From: Auanema rhodensis | Taxonomy: Eukaryota > Animalia > Nematoda | Length of the DNA stretch: 64,000 nucleotides | Direction: 5' to 3' | Assembly (NCBI GenBank): GCA_964057225.1 | Contig: OZ059897.1 | Location: 14,012,001 to 14,076,000, forward strand | In this document: in pieces, positions 25,601-39,800 of the stretch | Position numbering within the stretch: the first letter of the stretch is position 1 | Layout of the letters: every line of letters begins with the position of its first letter | Notes under the pieces: generated by a model | Seen by the model: the letters and a program-made list of their open reading frames with translations, nothing else | The model's database searches: none | Told to the model about the DNA's origin: nothing | Made by a program: the position numbers and the translations under genes

Positions 25601-27009
25601 CCTGTAAATCAACGACCAATTCTCCCTTATGATATACAGCTATAGCTGCTCCTTCTCTTTCCCATCCATCATGAAAGTTTTTTCTGAAAAAAAAAAATAT
25701 TTCCCGATTCTAAGAAGATTTTTGTGTATTATATCAGAGGTTCTGTTTGTAAATTTTGAATTTTATGTTACATTAATTTGATTTTATAATTATAAACAGA
25801 TTCAAATAATTATATTTTTAAAATAAAGATAAAAATAATTTTTTTACAAAGCGATTAAAAAATTTAGGCTAGTTCAACTATTTATCTTGGTGAACAATCA
25901 AATTGATCTGAGAAAGTACAAGATCAGTTGATACAGAATCTAATTATACATCATGACTAACACGTTTAAACCAAACTTCTTCTTGTTATTAGCATGAAAT
26001 GACGTTATTTTTTTCTTTCCATACTTCTATCATAGTCGCTCTTCACTTTTCTCTATCTTGTCTTTAAACCGATGACAAATCTCGTTTTCTCTTTCACTCT
26101 TCGACCTCTACCATGGATAGCAACGTGCTTCTAAATTAGTTCTAGAATCCATTTAAGACATAGATGTCATAGAAAACATGAACACTACTGTTTTTGGCAG
26201 CTAGATCAACCTTGAATATACTTTTGAAATTCCAGTTTATAGAAAAGCCCACGAACTATCAAAGTTTCATCCAGTTAGAAAGATAGAAATTCGTGCAGAA
26301 AGAACAAAATATTGAATATACAAGTGACATATTAATCTGTCACAATGTATATAAAGGATATTGAAAATCAAATATTTAAAGTATTATTATATAATTTTCA
26401 AACGATATCCAGACTAAGTGTTTGGTTTAAACGTATGTGTAAATGATTTAACGAGAAGCAAGATGATGAAAATTCCTGAGAAATCTTAGATGACGAAAGC
26501 AATAAATTCAGGAATCTCAAAGAGATAACGTAACCGTGATGTTAGAAAATTATCAAGAAATATCAATACTTCTATAAATTGAAAATAAATTGGAGAGTAA
26601 ACGTATTTGTTTAGTTAAAATACATGTTAAATTGAACCAAGTCCCTGAAAAGTTATTCAAAAAATTCTTTTTGGTAATATTATGTTATTTTAGGCAAAAA
26701 AACCATTTTCACATTACGGAGGCATGCATTCATAACTAGAACTAGGTGTCTATGGCGTAACTAGTCACATAGAATATATTTATTTCTGGATGGAAAACCT
26801 GTTTAAAAACATAAGCTATAAGTTGAAACTCACTTGAAAATCTTCTCGACCTTATCATATTTAGGTGATACAAATCCTTGTAGGTTATCGAGCCGAACCA
26901 TGTGAGATGAAGCTAGAGTATCGATAATATATGGCAGAACGAGTAGAAGTGATAGCAGCTGAAGCCAAATCAAAAGGGCGGGGCTATAACGTGTTGTCTT
27001 CATCGACAT
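22680..27009 (-). CDS. lact-2: Serine beta-lactamase-domain protein (lact family) with N-terminal signal/TM segment
   Basis: Hydrophobic N-terminus; [22 protein letters not shown]; intact SxxK motif VFSTTK; LMSHRAGL; YHAITYGW; [11 protein letters not shown]-region GLGIT(K)ARDLAK; GHPGFGGS. The symbol is inferred from adjacency to pas-7/puf-12, as I recall it in C. elegans. Confidence 0.85.
23386..23424. repeat. 13-bp tandem triplication overlapping a lact 3' splice site
   Basis: AACTCTATAGTAT / AACTCAATAGTAT / AACTCTATAGTAG. Confidence 0.9.
23825..24624 (-). mobile_element. Non-autonomous hAT DNA transposon (800-bp internal-deletion derivative) inside a lact intron
   Basis: 11-bp terminal inverted repeats CAGGGTTGTGC...GCACAACCCTG. 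8-bp target-site duplication GTGTGTAT/GTATGTAT (1 mismatch). Clustered subterminal CGGATC/GATCCG repeats at both ends. Transposase remnant [24 protein letters not shown]...STFLDPRFK. Confidence 0.93.
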
Positions 27010-30000
27010 TCGTTGTAGGCCTAAACATATATACATTCTATGTATATAGCCTCATAGCAACTTCAACAGAGAGAATTTGGCACAATATTTAAAAAAGAAC
27101 AAGAGAGAGGCAGATATTGATGTTTATAAGGAGATCGAGATGAAAGAAGGAATGAGAAGGAGAAATTTTGGAAGTAATTAAATGAATGTGAGAGATAATA
27201 AAATAAAAAGTGTAAGAATTTTTTGTTCTCTTGATGTTCTCATGATATTATTTCATTTATAATTCATCATATCTTAAACTGCACTAAGAACAGCCTTTTT
27301 TTCTGTATTTTATTCATTTTTTAGCATTGATTTTGAAACTATTCCACTTTCATTTTCTTTTTATTAAACGTGATTGTGTGTTTCTTGTTAAAAACAATCT
27401 AAGAAAGTATTTGTATCGTATTACGAGTTCAAAACATAAAAATATTACAAAGTTTATAGTTTTCTTTTAAGTTTTACTTCAAGAACAATCATCAAGAATG
27501 GAGCTATTTCGTCATCAAAATAAGTGGTCTCTCTCTTTTACTTTCTCTCTCTTCATAATTGAAGCTACTTAAAATGTGATTTCTCTTATTGGCAAACACT
27601 AAATACTATTAGCAGCCTCAGTCTACCACAAACTCTCATACTAAACACTAACTATGACATACAACTATGAATCCGGTTTTCTTAGTAAACCAATTGAGGA
27701 GAAACTGTTAAGTCTACACCTATCGTTATAAATTATAAATAATATTAAATATCAAAATATATACAATTGTATAATCTTTTTTCTTTATTAAATTTATATC
27801 ATTCTTTGAATGAAGACCAAATATACAAACAATGTTGTTATGCTGACAATGATTGCTTAATATTCATAATAAAAAAATTTAATAAGATTAGGATAATTAA
27901 GGAAAATTAAAATTTTTTCTTTAACTTGTTTTCTGATTTTGAAGATTTGGAGCTTTTTCTAGAACATATCCTTTCGGATATAAACTTGAGATGTACTTTA
28001 TATAATCTAAAAGATCATCGAAACAACTCTTAGTGAAGTATCAATTTTACTTTTAAAATATAAGGATTTAGAAATTAATATACATATGAATATATGTTTT
28101 TGATCAAAAATATTATGTTTAAAACTAATAAAAATAAAATATAAAGTATATTGCAAATATTATTTAAAATTGAAAAAAAAAGAAAGAATAAGGAATTAAC
28201 ATGGAAATATTAATAGGAAGAATTCTTAACTTCGTGCATTAGGTCATATATGAGATAAGGGCCATAGCATACATTGGAAAAAAATTATCTTCTGGAATAT
28301 CAAGGAGGACTTCGACCTTAAACTTCAGTACAACTTACGCGGATGTGAATTGCGAAAAAAATCTTCAAAATTAGGAGAAGAATCTGTTCATTTTATTGGA
28401 CCCAGAAATGAAATCTTTCAATAAATCTATTTCTAACCTCGAAAATGATGAGAAAAAAAAATGACCAAAGTGTTCATTAAAGAGTAAAAGGGGAGAAATA
28501 GCGAATAGAAGCAAAATATTTAGTATTATATAATCTTGGAATGCTTAACTATATGGTATTAGCTGATTAGAACATAATTTTGATGGCCTGATATGTATAT
28601 ACATATGCACAGGTTCTCTTGTCTTATCAATTTTGCTTTTTTAGTTATAGAAGGTTAACATATCATGCTCAGGAAGTCACATAAATATCTTGGTATAATC
28701 AATTTTTAACTATTTTCAAATAATTTATTGTTAATAATATGATTCAAATATATACATATATCTATATTCTTATAATATTTTTATTATTTTTTTATATAAT
28801 TGAATATAATTTATTGAAGAATTGTAATCACTTATGACTATAAGTAGAAAGTACTTTTCATAGAATAAAGATTATGGTACATGTACCAAGATAATACAAA
28901 AACATTAGTCGTATAACAAAAATAAATTTAGACAAAATTCTTTTTAAAATATATTTTATGTTTTATTAAATAAATAATATATTGAATTAACTTTCAGAGG
29001 ATATGATAAACATCTCTCGCCTACAGCATCCCAATAATCGCTCTGGAAGTTTTTTCATTTAAACTTTTTAAAAATAGAATGTAAAAATATTCCAAATGTT
29101 TAAGTAAATATAATATTTTTTAAAATTTATAAAAATATGTTTATATTATTAATTATAATAAATTCATTATAATATTTGATATTACGGTAATTTTAATTTT
29201 ATTGAAAATTATTAATTTTTTGTATTTATGCTGATATTTCAAAATTTATTAATGGCATAAAACAAATTCATATTCGTTATTTAATGTTTTTCATTTATAT
29301 TTTCGTTTATTTTTCTTAAATTTTTTTTTAATTGTACTGTAAGTTCAAAAGAAAAAAGAAAAGAAAATCAAAACAATTTTCATTTTTTTACCACTTGAAA
29401 CTTTATTTCTTTAAAATTGTCTTATTCACACCTTTTGAAATTAAAAACAATTGAATTCACCGTAATTTGAGTAAAATATACCATGAAAACCCTATTTTGT
29501 TCACTGTAAAGTTTTTCTGAAAAAAAATGAAATTGTCTGGTTCTTGCAAGAACGTGAAAATGTTTTTTTCTAAATTACCGACTGTTGTTAAATACGTGTT
29601 GAAAAGAAGAAGAAAACAAAAAAAAAGAAAAGAAAAAGATATTTCATGTATGTATACCTTCATATTCATATTTTTCTAAATATTTTAAATATTTTAAATT
29701 CTAGTGTGTCTATTTATTTTAAATATTTCATTAATTATTTTATTAACCATGTTCATGAAAAAAAGGAAATAGCCGAGTTTCAATGAGAAATAATTGAAAG
29801 TATGAAGTTATGAGAGAAGGAGAATGATAATGAACAGCAACACAAATTAGAAGATTTAAAACCAAATTTTAAAAAAAAAAGAAGAAATTTTTTGTTAAAT
29901 ATTATATATATTCATATACATATATATATATAAGTATATACAAACATTTTGTATTTACTCTTTTTGTTTTTCTGAAGTGAACGTGTGCAAGATGAAATTA

Positions 30001-30023
30001 CAATTATCAAAACGCAACTAGAA

Positions 30024-30742
30024 TTATCCTTGGACACTATCAGGCTTCTTAGAGAAGAAACGTTGGATGGTTACGGTGTTCTGAAAGTTTTCAAATATCA
30101 ATTACTCAACAGTTATCATAAGCTTACCAATGGTGTGACAGTGAATCTATGAGACAAACCCTTTGGAATGACAAGAAGGTCTCCCTTCTCTAACTGTACA
30201 CGAATCCATTCGTCCTCCTTTAATCAAAAGTATTTTGTTTATTCCCAAATATTGTTATTATACCTCAGGTTCAACGTCATAATAGCAATTTCCATCGAGA
30301 ACTAAGGAAACAACATCATCATTCTTAACAGTGGGTTCGTAGTACTCTTCGAGCTGAAAACATTTCAATTTTTCAATTTTCGCAAGAAGAACTGATATAA
30401 AACTAAGATGTTTTCAAAAGTTTTTATACTTACTCGATCATTCAAGTCAGTAACGGAATCGTTAATGACAAAAATATCAGAAGCATTAACGTTCTTTTCG
30501 TTTTTTACTCTAGAAATTCTCTTCTTCATTTGGACGGTATCTTCCAAGTCGATCTGAAATAATATTATTGAATCAAAGTTCAAATATTTCAGAAACATTT
30601 TATTAATTTACAAACATACCTTGTAGTATTGAACTCCAGCAAGGTTCATAAGCTGATCTGGACTGATTTTCTTTGGTGGGAAAACATGATGAGGAAGACG
30701 ACGATCTCCACATGGGAATGGTTCCATATGCCAGATTTGCAT
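30024..30742 (-). CDS. Acireductone dioxygenase (ARD/ADI1)-like cupin, probably inactive; 5 exons
   Basis: Spliced protein: [41 protein letters not shown]|IDLED...|[30 protein letters not shown]|[26 protein letters not shown]...QG*. Confidence 0.92.
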
Positions 30743-31280
30743 GTTTGTTGTGAATAGAGAAAGAGAAAGTTAAAAGTAACTGAAAAGACAATATAAAGAG
30801 AAACAAATGAAAAATAAACGTAAAAGAAAAAAATTAACAGCAAAGTGGTGTATTATATTCTAAGAGAACTTTAAGAGAAAAAAAATCTCGCTAGGAGAAG
30901 GACGAAGAAGATGGCGACAAACTGGATGGTTTGTATATCCAGACTTAAAATTGCAAAAGATAGGATGTGAATCACACGAATAAAACAGAATAACAAGATC
31001 CCTGTCCTCAAACACAGCTATAATCCCATACGCCCAAGAAGCATACGGACGAGTCTGAAGACAATGGCAGACTACTGAAGACATGGACGACGTTCTCGTA
31101 GATGGGAGACTCATGAATTCAAGACTGGCAAATTCGAATGACAATGGAGGCGGTATCGTGAATATTCTGAAGAAGCCAAAATTCAAAAGATCATTCTAAG
31201 GATCAGATAGGATAGAAAAGAGGGGAGAAGAAAAGATATGAGAGATGAGATAAAGGGCAAACAGTAAACCTTATCAAAAT

Positions 31281-31400
31281 TATATATATATCTATGTATA
31301 TATATACATAGATATATATAAATATATTTATATTTATATATAAATATATATATATTCACTATTATATATTTATATATATTATACTTATATATATATATAC
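31281..31400. repeat. Degenerate (TA)n low-complexity tract
   Basis: About 120 nt made almost only of TA/AT dinucleotides. Confidence 0.85.
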
Positions 31401-34400
31401 AGGTTAATATATATTATAATAAAATATATGATAAGATTTTAACATTTTGAAGATGAAATTATTATTTTTGGATAGGTATTCCAGAGAGCTATTGTCATTG
31501 CAAAAGGCATTGACCGTCTTTTTAAAGCAAGAGAATGACATCATGTCATGGCGAGGAGGCGGTACGAGACAAATATAGTGAAAAAGTGTTGATAGCCAAC
31601 TATTGCTTTCTTTCAGAATGCTAAGAACTATCTAACTAAGGTTAGGACAATTACATCGAAATATAAGAATTCGCACTAGGTGAAAGTGGCTAGGGTCGTT
31701 AAATAGTACTCAAGAAAGGCTGGATTATCTAACAGACATAACTTCAGTGTTGTCTCTTCTAATGATCTTTGGCCAATGAAGAAATAAAAGAGAATGGACG
31801 AAACGTGTATATGGTGAAGAGATGTATTTATTAAAATATGTCCGTAATTTGGTTCTTCACCATGTTCATCTAGAACCTGTGGAAATACTAGATGATGATG
31901 TATGTATCAGAATAATTTTATATAAAAAGAAACATAGAATGATTAACAACGTTCATTTTACAGGTAATATTAATGCATTTTTGCTCTAATTCATCCAAAT
32001 ATTTTTAACTCTTCTATTTTGAGTGAAAGTTTAAACTTTAGTTGAACTTTTCAAGTTGGCATTGAGTGAATATTTTTAAAACTAGAATGCATGCTTTAGT
32101 ATTTTTAAGTATTTTCTTATAATTAAAAAATCAATCAAAATTGTAAATAAACAACTTTCAAATTCCAAAAAAAAGAGTGAGTTCATGGTTTCGATTGAGA
32201 AAATACATAAACAGCTCAGTCACAGGTTTACTCCATAATCCTGGCTGAACCGAATTATTTTTTTTTTTCAAGAACGTTGTTGTTCAACTCTAGTTAAAGA
32301 TAGGTCATATAAAATTATTCTCAATTCACCAGATTACTTATTCACACAACAACTTCTACTTCTACTTCAAATAATGCTGTTGGCCCAAAAATAGATGATT
32401 TTCATCTAAAGTTATACATCTTTTTTTTTACAATCAACGACATTTATTTTATTTTCGGAAATTTTAAAAATCTTAAACGTATATTTTTATCTGATCGTCA
32501 ACCTTTGGCCTTAACAGAAAAATCAGAGGCTAAAGCATCAGAAGATCAGAAAACTACGATGGCATGCGCATGTTTTGAAAAAGATACGATTTATAAAGAT
32601 TGCAGACGAAAGGGAGAATATGAAACACGACATATCAGGATGAAGTACTATAGGTTTTTCCTTTAACGGATATATCTATATATAAGATTTTCATCAAAAT
32701 TATACTGATATAGATTGTTGATATGCATGTTTATCATAAAATTCTAGATACTGCCGTATTATGAAAAGATACAAAAAACTTTGTTTAAACTTTGTATTGT
32801 CGCTGAGACGGCATCGCTATTTACAGAGAAATGTCTTAATTTTGGTTTTGATCTTTTACGTTTACATGATGAGGAATACTTGAAGTTATAACAAAAAAGA
32901 GAAATAATGTAAACTATTCTAAAGATTATGTTTAGGTAAATCGAAATGGATATAGTTAGATACAAATACAAAAAGTTGAAATTTGAACATCGAACATCAA
33001 CTAGATACAATATCATATAGTTCTATAGTTCATCAACTAAAATTGTTATTATTTGATCACGTAGCTAACAGTTTAGAAACTGGCTTATCATTGTCTGATG
33101 TCTGAAACAAGCCTTGATATAGCTGTTCTTATTGGAAGGATAGGTGATTATTCATCTCAGTAGCTATCCAATCAGATGATTCTAGTAGCCAATGGCTAAA
33201 TCTGCGCAACGTTTATCAAATGATAATTGTCTTTGGGAAAATTAAAGATTGCCGATCATGTTCAGGATCAGTGAAAAATCTATAATCTGTAAATTGATAT
33301 TAAAGTTGCACAGGGGACGCGTGATGTAAGGTATTGCCCGGTTTCGGTCATGCTCAGCTAGTGAACACATCAAACCTTTCTTCGGGAATAAGACTTCACT
33401 TTTTCACATTCATTATGTCAACTTGTACCCCTCCCTTCTTCCATTTTCTCCATTTATCCGTTTCTCTTTCTATCTCTCTTTTTCTCGCTCTCTCAACTTC
33501 CTTCTAATTTTGGCATGCATGATTCTCTATCTCTCCTTTCATCATACTGATTGCTTAAGTTTTTCTGTTGTCCAATTCATGCATATGTTCTATATCATTC
33601 AGATGAAAATGTTAAAAATCATAACTTTTTCTGAAGAAATAATGGAACAAATGAACAAACAATTGTAGCAAAACGTTTTTAAGGAAAAGGATTCGAAAAA
33701 TTTTCTTTTTTTTTTCAATCAAATTATTCCAATTTATTAAAAATATTATATTAAGATGTGTAAAGGACATGTTTTCCTATTTTGGCTTTGTTAAAAAAAA
33801 GAATTAAATATTTACCATCTCATCTCTTTTTTCTTTCAAAAAAGATTGTTTAATGCAGAAAATAAACTCGATCACATGGGAAAGGCAGAAACAGATGATA
33901 TCATGATTTCGTACAAAGTTCGAACACAAAACAAAAAACTGACCAAAGTATACTGTTGTCTGTTGAAATGGCTCCAAGCCGGGTAGGTCTACCAACCAAA
34001 CACTTTTGGCTGAAGTCTATCAGATAATACTGATAAAAGAAAAGAAATGTGAGGCAATATATTAAGAGAAAAGTTGAAAAAGAGAAAAACACAAGAAAGA
34101 AATTATGAAGGAGCTGTAACAAAAAGATAGTTATATATGCAAATCTTACTATACCATTTAACTGTGTCACTAGGATAACAAAGATTGATCAAATTCTTTT
34201 TTTTTGATAATTACAATGATCGCTCATTGATTATGCAATACGAGCAGTTTATGCTTAACTGAAACTAGACCATCTTAGTTTTCGTAGATTAGGATATGGA
34301 ATGAAGTTACAATTAATATGCTCTGATTGGTCAGCCAAAGCAAATGGAAAGAAGAATGAGAGACATGGACCGTTCTTCACTGGTTGTATAGAGAATACTG

Positions 34401-36859
34401 ACAACGAAGGAGACATTCCTAGCTCAACTATCCACTTCTTCATCTCATCAAGCACTTATGATCCTGGAACTTGCGTCTTCCTATTCCATTGAATATTGTC
34501 TTCAATTTCGATCATTCATCAAACGATAACAATCAAAAGGACTCAAATTGGCTTTCTATTCTAATTATCCGGTGTATCTCTAACCGTTTCGAGATCTTGA
34601 CGATACGAGGTGGTGTCCAATATAATGTTTTTCAGAATTTGGAAGAGTTTTTGAAATTATTTATTTAATGAGGCCAGATATAACATACATGACCAAACTT
34701 CATACAAGATTGTAAGTGTACTGTATGTGATCAAAAAGTGTTCAGACGGCGGCTTTCCCAAACATTCTCAATTTTTTTTTTAAAGATTTTCATTCTCACA
34801 TCGGTCTTTTTAGTAATATATAGACTACTTTTATGATTTTTGAACATTGATGAAATAGATGGCATTAACGATAGTTTAACCAATTCTTTGATAATCTGAT
34901 GAATTTCTGTAGGTAACCACAGCATCAAAATAACATAAGAAACGGCTATAAACATCCTATTATTTTGTGAATATACGTATATTTAAGATAAAGTACACAT
35001 TATTCTTTTATCTAATATCAGAAAATCTTTAAAACTAGAGCATTTGCAAATTTCTTTAAGTACGAGATACGAAAATAGAAGGCTATCGTACTATTATCTG
35101 TATCGTCTTTTTTTTTTGTTTTTTTTTTCTGCAAGCAGCGAGCCTAAGATTGATTGAATCATACCGATATTTCTATATTAAATTTTTCTTTTTTTAAATT
35201 GCCGAATAGCTTAGATTATATCAGAATATACCATGAGCGTCAAAATCTAATCATTTACCCATTATCCTAAAATGTTTCGCATGTTTGTCAAATGCATAGC
35301 TTCTCTATTCTTGATTTTCCATACTGTCCTGTTTGATCTTTTGATTCCGATTTTCCTTTTTATCACCTCGAACAAATTTATGAATAGAACAAAGAAATTC
35401 AACTGAAAACAATATCAGATGTTATCGGACACTACAAGAAAATTGTATAAGTCTTAGCGCGCAACTTTGGACCTTGTTGAGAACTCTGTTTCTATGGTTC
35501 GGATCTGAGCTGATTAGACAACACTTAAAGATTGAACAGCTAGATTATTTGTGACCCGAATGAAATTATGAAAATCCAAATTTTTTAAGTGAAAGTATCA
35601 ACAAATTTAAGAATAAAAGCTTTTGCGACGGAAATAATAAAAAATCCATAAAAGGAAGTAACCTGTTCATATTTCAATGCCAATAAAATACTTTGAAGGT
35701 TAGGTTTAAATTTGATTCTATTAAGCAACTTTAGTGAAACAATTAGCTTTGCACTTTTATACAGCTGAGGCTATGAATGAAACATAAAAATGTTAACAAT
35801 CAGACGCAAAAAAAATCGAAGGAAAAAAGAAAGAAAGAGAAAGAGAGAAGTATATGACGTCGTACATTTAGTCGTACTTATCGTTTGTTGTTCTTGTCCC
35901 GATGATGTTTAGTATATAGTATATTGCATATAGGATACACTATAGTAAATGATGAAGCAACTAATGATCTTTGTTAAAACAAGAAGTTCTCCAATGACGA
36001 GTGATCAATGATTCGAATTAAATTAAGTCGTTCTTGAATATTGCATTGCTAGTTGATCAAATGAATCAAATGAATTTTGTACTGATGTAAGATGGCAGGA
36101 TATATGATTGTACCTGTGTTGATGTATCGAAATGCTATTGTGTATTGCATTGGACGAAGATGAAAGAAACAGAAATATTTTCAACATCAAAGTGCAATAT
36201 ACGTGGAAGATAGAAAGAGAGAATAAGACAAAAAAAAATGTATTTTTCATATGATGATCAAGAATAGCTGATGACAGTATTTATCATTCATATTTTAATG
36301 AAAAACAAATAACAATTGCGGCACGAAATTTTGACGAAGATAATTTAAAAAGTAGACAGAAAGGACAGTTAACAAAATCGGGAACAATCATTAATTAGTT
36401 TCTAAAATTATAAAAGCTGGGGTATTTATGTTAGACATGACGTGAAGCTTGGTGAGAAGGGAAATGTGAACTGTACAACCGTATCCGATGATTATATTGA
36501 ACAAAATGAATATTGTCACGTAAACTACTTTACGTGAAAAAATTAAGAAAGATTTAGCATATCACAAAATACCAGCAAAACGAATGAAAAAAGGACTTGT
36601 GATGTCTGTGGATTACCCGAAAATTGAATCATGTTTATCAGACTAGAACATATTAGAGAACTTGAAGCATGTGGCTAAAGATAAAAGAGATCCCGTGAGA
36701 TGAAAAAAACGACAATAATGGTGATTAGCCAATGAGGTTTTAACCGTTTAACAGTTTGGAACAATATAATTAGAAAAAAAGAATTATTATACAATTATAC
36801 GATATGATTAGACTAGAAAATGACACAAAAATATATTTCAAGTGTAAATTTATATATTA

Positions 36860-39800
36860 TTATGCTATTAATGAACCTTGGGGTTCTGGGTGAATGATCG
36901 CTGCCGTCGTGATGTACGTCGGACAAGGCTTATCCCTCGATAATGCATTAATAGAGAGACGAGGTCGATCGGTAGAGAAGCTGAAATATCTCTTTGTTTA
37001 TCCGCTTAAACAGAAAAAGTTCAGTTTTTCAGGTTATACCTCGTGGAACTTTCGGTTTCTTCATTTATTGTATTCCGGTCCGTCATTGTCGAATATCCAT
37101 GATCACTATCTACATTTCGGTTGGGATTTTGGGGAGGTGGGGCTTCGCGTTCAAATGAGGCCAGTTGTACACATTGTTTTTCTGCAAAATCCATTTTATT
37201 TTACAATAAAAAAATGAAAGTTTGAAGTATAAACCTTCTTTGAACACTGTTCCATCATATTCACCATCAAAATTGGTATGGCCATTGAACAATGGAGCAC
37301 CATCTGAAAATGAACGGCGAGCTGTTAACCCAGAAACCTAAAAACATTTATTTGAACTTTAGCAAATCATTAATTACGAGGTAAATGCTAACCTGTGCTC
37401 TATAACAATAAAACAAAAGTGCAACAACCAAAAAGATTGTGAGAATCCCTGCCGCAAAAGGACCAAAGGGGGTAGCTAATCCCCATTGTTCCAGGCGATC
37501 CATCGATTCTGAAGAAAAGCTCTCGTTACGGAAAGCAAAATCAATTGAACTCACTTATTGTTGTACGACCATGAACACCTTGGTAACAAATTGAAATAGG
37601 CAAACAACTGCCAATTGGAAGTCGGGTTCCTTTAGAATCAAATTCACACCAACTACAGCCAGCTTGAGCTAAACAGGTGTTGATATGCAACTGTGCTGAG
37701 CATCTGAAAACAAGAAGTATTTGGTGAAAAAACATCGAAAAACATCAACAAATAAATGAAATAACAGAAAACTCACGAAGTTTGCTCGCAGGAATTCATG
37801 TCACTACTATCGGATATTTCTAGGCTCAAACGATCCTCACGCAGATGAACAGGGCAGAATGGAATAGATATTTCAATCTCTGATGACGCTAAAACAAAGA
37901 AAATTCAATTTAAAATAGAGCAAAGTGTAAACTCACAAGAGCACAATTCATTAACAGAACATTCACAGGGACATTCGCATTCATGTTCAGAAAACCGACC
38001 ACAAATAAGACAACGGTGATCATTAACAGAACAAGGACAAAAAACCTAAAAATTAAAATATTTCTAAACAAAAAATGTTTTTAATTAAATTACTGTAGCT
38101 GAAGAACGATTACATGTTGTGTTAATCATCCCAATGAAAAGATTACTGTTTGATAATGCTAAAATCTCATGTTGAACTGGATTAAGTGAGGATCCATCAG
38201 ATTTTGAGCCACATGGAGACTGAAATAAACGATAAAAAAAGTTATAAAAATCTAAAAACTTTATACCGAATGAACTCGTTTAGAATGACTCTGCCATTCA
38301 AAATATCTATGAATACCAGTTTCTGTTCGACAACGGGATCGTCGAACTAGAGATGGATCTCGTATCATTTGACTTGTTAACATAGGCTCTTGATGGGATA
38401 TATGGAATCTTTCAAGTACATCAGAAGAAACACGTGCTCTACTGTGGTCATCACTTGCATAGATAATTGATCCTGTATTAGTGAATAACACACATCTTCT
38501 AGCCTTAACAAAGGGATACCATACATATAATTAAATTGATTTAGATTATTGGTACCTGTGAACAGAGAGGTAAACTCTCTGAAAGTAATAACCGGAAGTA
38601 AGCAGATGGAACTTCTATACCAACAACACCGAAAATCTGAAATAATACTAGTTTTACCAATCATAAATTCGGGAAATACGTACAGAACCATTTGATGGAA
38701 AACTAATAGTTGTAGATAAGATGATAACTTCTCCTAAGTAAGCTTTCAAATAAGGTCCACTAGCTATCACTTTTCCTTCATTTTTTATTGCTTCTTGGAA
38801 CCATTTCTGTTTTAAGGGTTCGTAACGGTTTGCTATTCTACTAGCTGGAGATATAGCTAGAACTCCACGACGGGAAGCCACAAATCGACGAATAACAGGA
38901 ATTTCTAGAACAAAATTGTGTTTCTTTAAATAAAGCAATGTGGTTCACCTTTGTCTCCTATTTCATTTATCCAAAATCTTGTTATTAAGGCTAGAATGTT
39001 AATTTCTTGTTGAATTATAACATTTAGTTCTTTCTCTTCAAAATCATAAACATCACTAGCAAACAGTAAATTAGAACGATGAATTGGTTCTCGACCAAGA
39101 GGGTATATCTAAAGAATAATTATATTTTTACTATGTTAAATATATGAAAGTAAAACATACTGATATTGGAAGAAATAACATGGCATATTCAAAGTTGTAA
39201 CTTTCACCATTCAAAAAGCATAGCATCATGTGCTAAACTTCATACCGATTAAACATTTTTAAATAAAATTTACATACTGTTTTATGTCGATGATTGAAAA
39301 TAAGATGGGTTGAAGATGGTATTTCTCTGTCTACTGTAGTGCTTGGAATAGTAGAAGTAAATGGGAAATGCTTTTCAACAGTTCGAATAAATATAACGAA
39401 AGGTTTAGTTTTTAACTAAAATTTGAAAATAAAAATAATATATCATGTAATAAACTAACCTTCTTCCAGTAATAAAACAATTTTTTGTGGTTTTTGCTGA
39501 TAACCTCCATATCTCCTTGTTCTGCACTCGACGCATCCAGAAGCCACTGACTAGATACATGCCAATCGTCTGCTTCATGAATATAAATATTGGAAAAGCC
39601 AGATGATGAAGTTACAATATAGCTATAAATTTGGGTTAATGTATATAAATAATACAAACAAAGATTATACCCTTGATCTATAGTGATAAACACTTCTAAA
39701 ACAGTTGATGGTGGTGAATACAATACATGATTATGATTGAATATATTCCAAGCAATTTCATGAATCGAAACATCTATTCCGTAAATAAGAAATCCTCTAT

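Noticed and set aside
28265-28425. Short frame HWKKIIFWNIKEDFDL resembling Tc1 'WxxVIFSDE'
   Set aside because: The catalytic Asp motif is absent and there is no supporting context.
31809-31865. Inverted repeat ATGGTGAAGA...TCTTCACCAT as a pre-miRNA
   Set aside because: The stem is only ~10-13 bp with a large loop, and I recognise no known seed.
34250-34680. Possible decayed Tc1/mariner fragment (minus strand ILDTTSYRQDLET, loosely like WPxxSPDLNPIE)
   Set aside because: Similarity is too weak, stops are frequent, and I found no TIRs.
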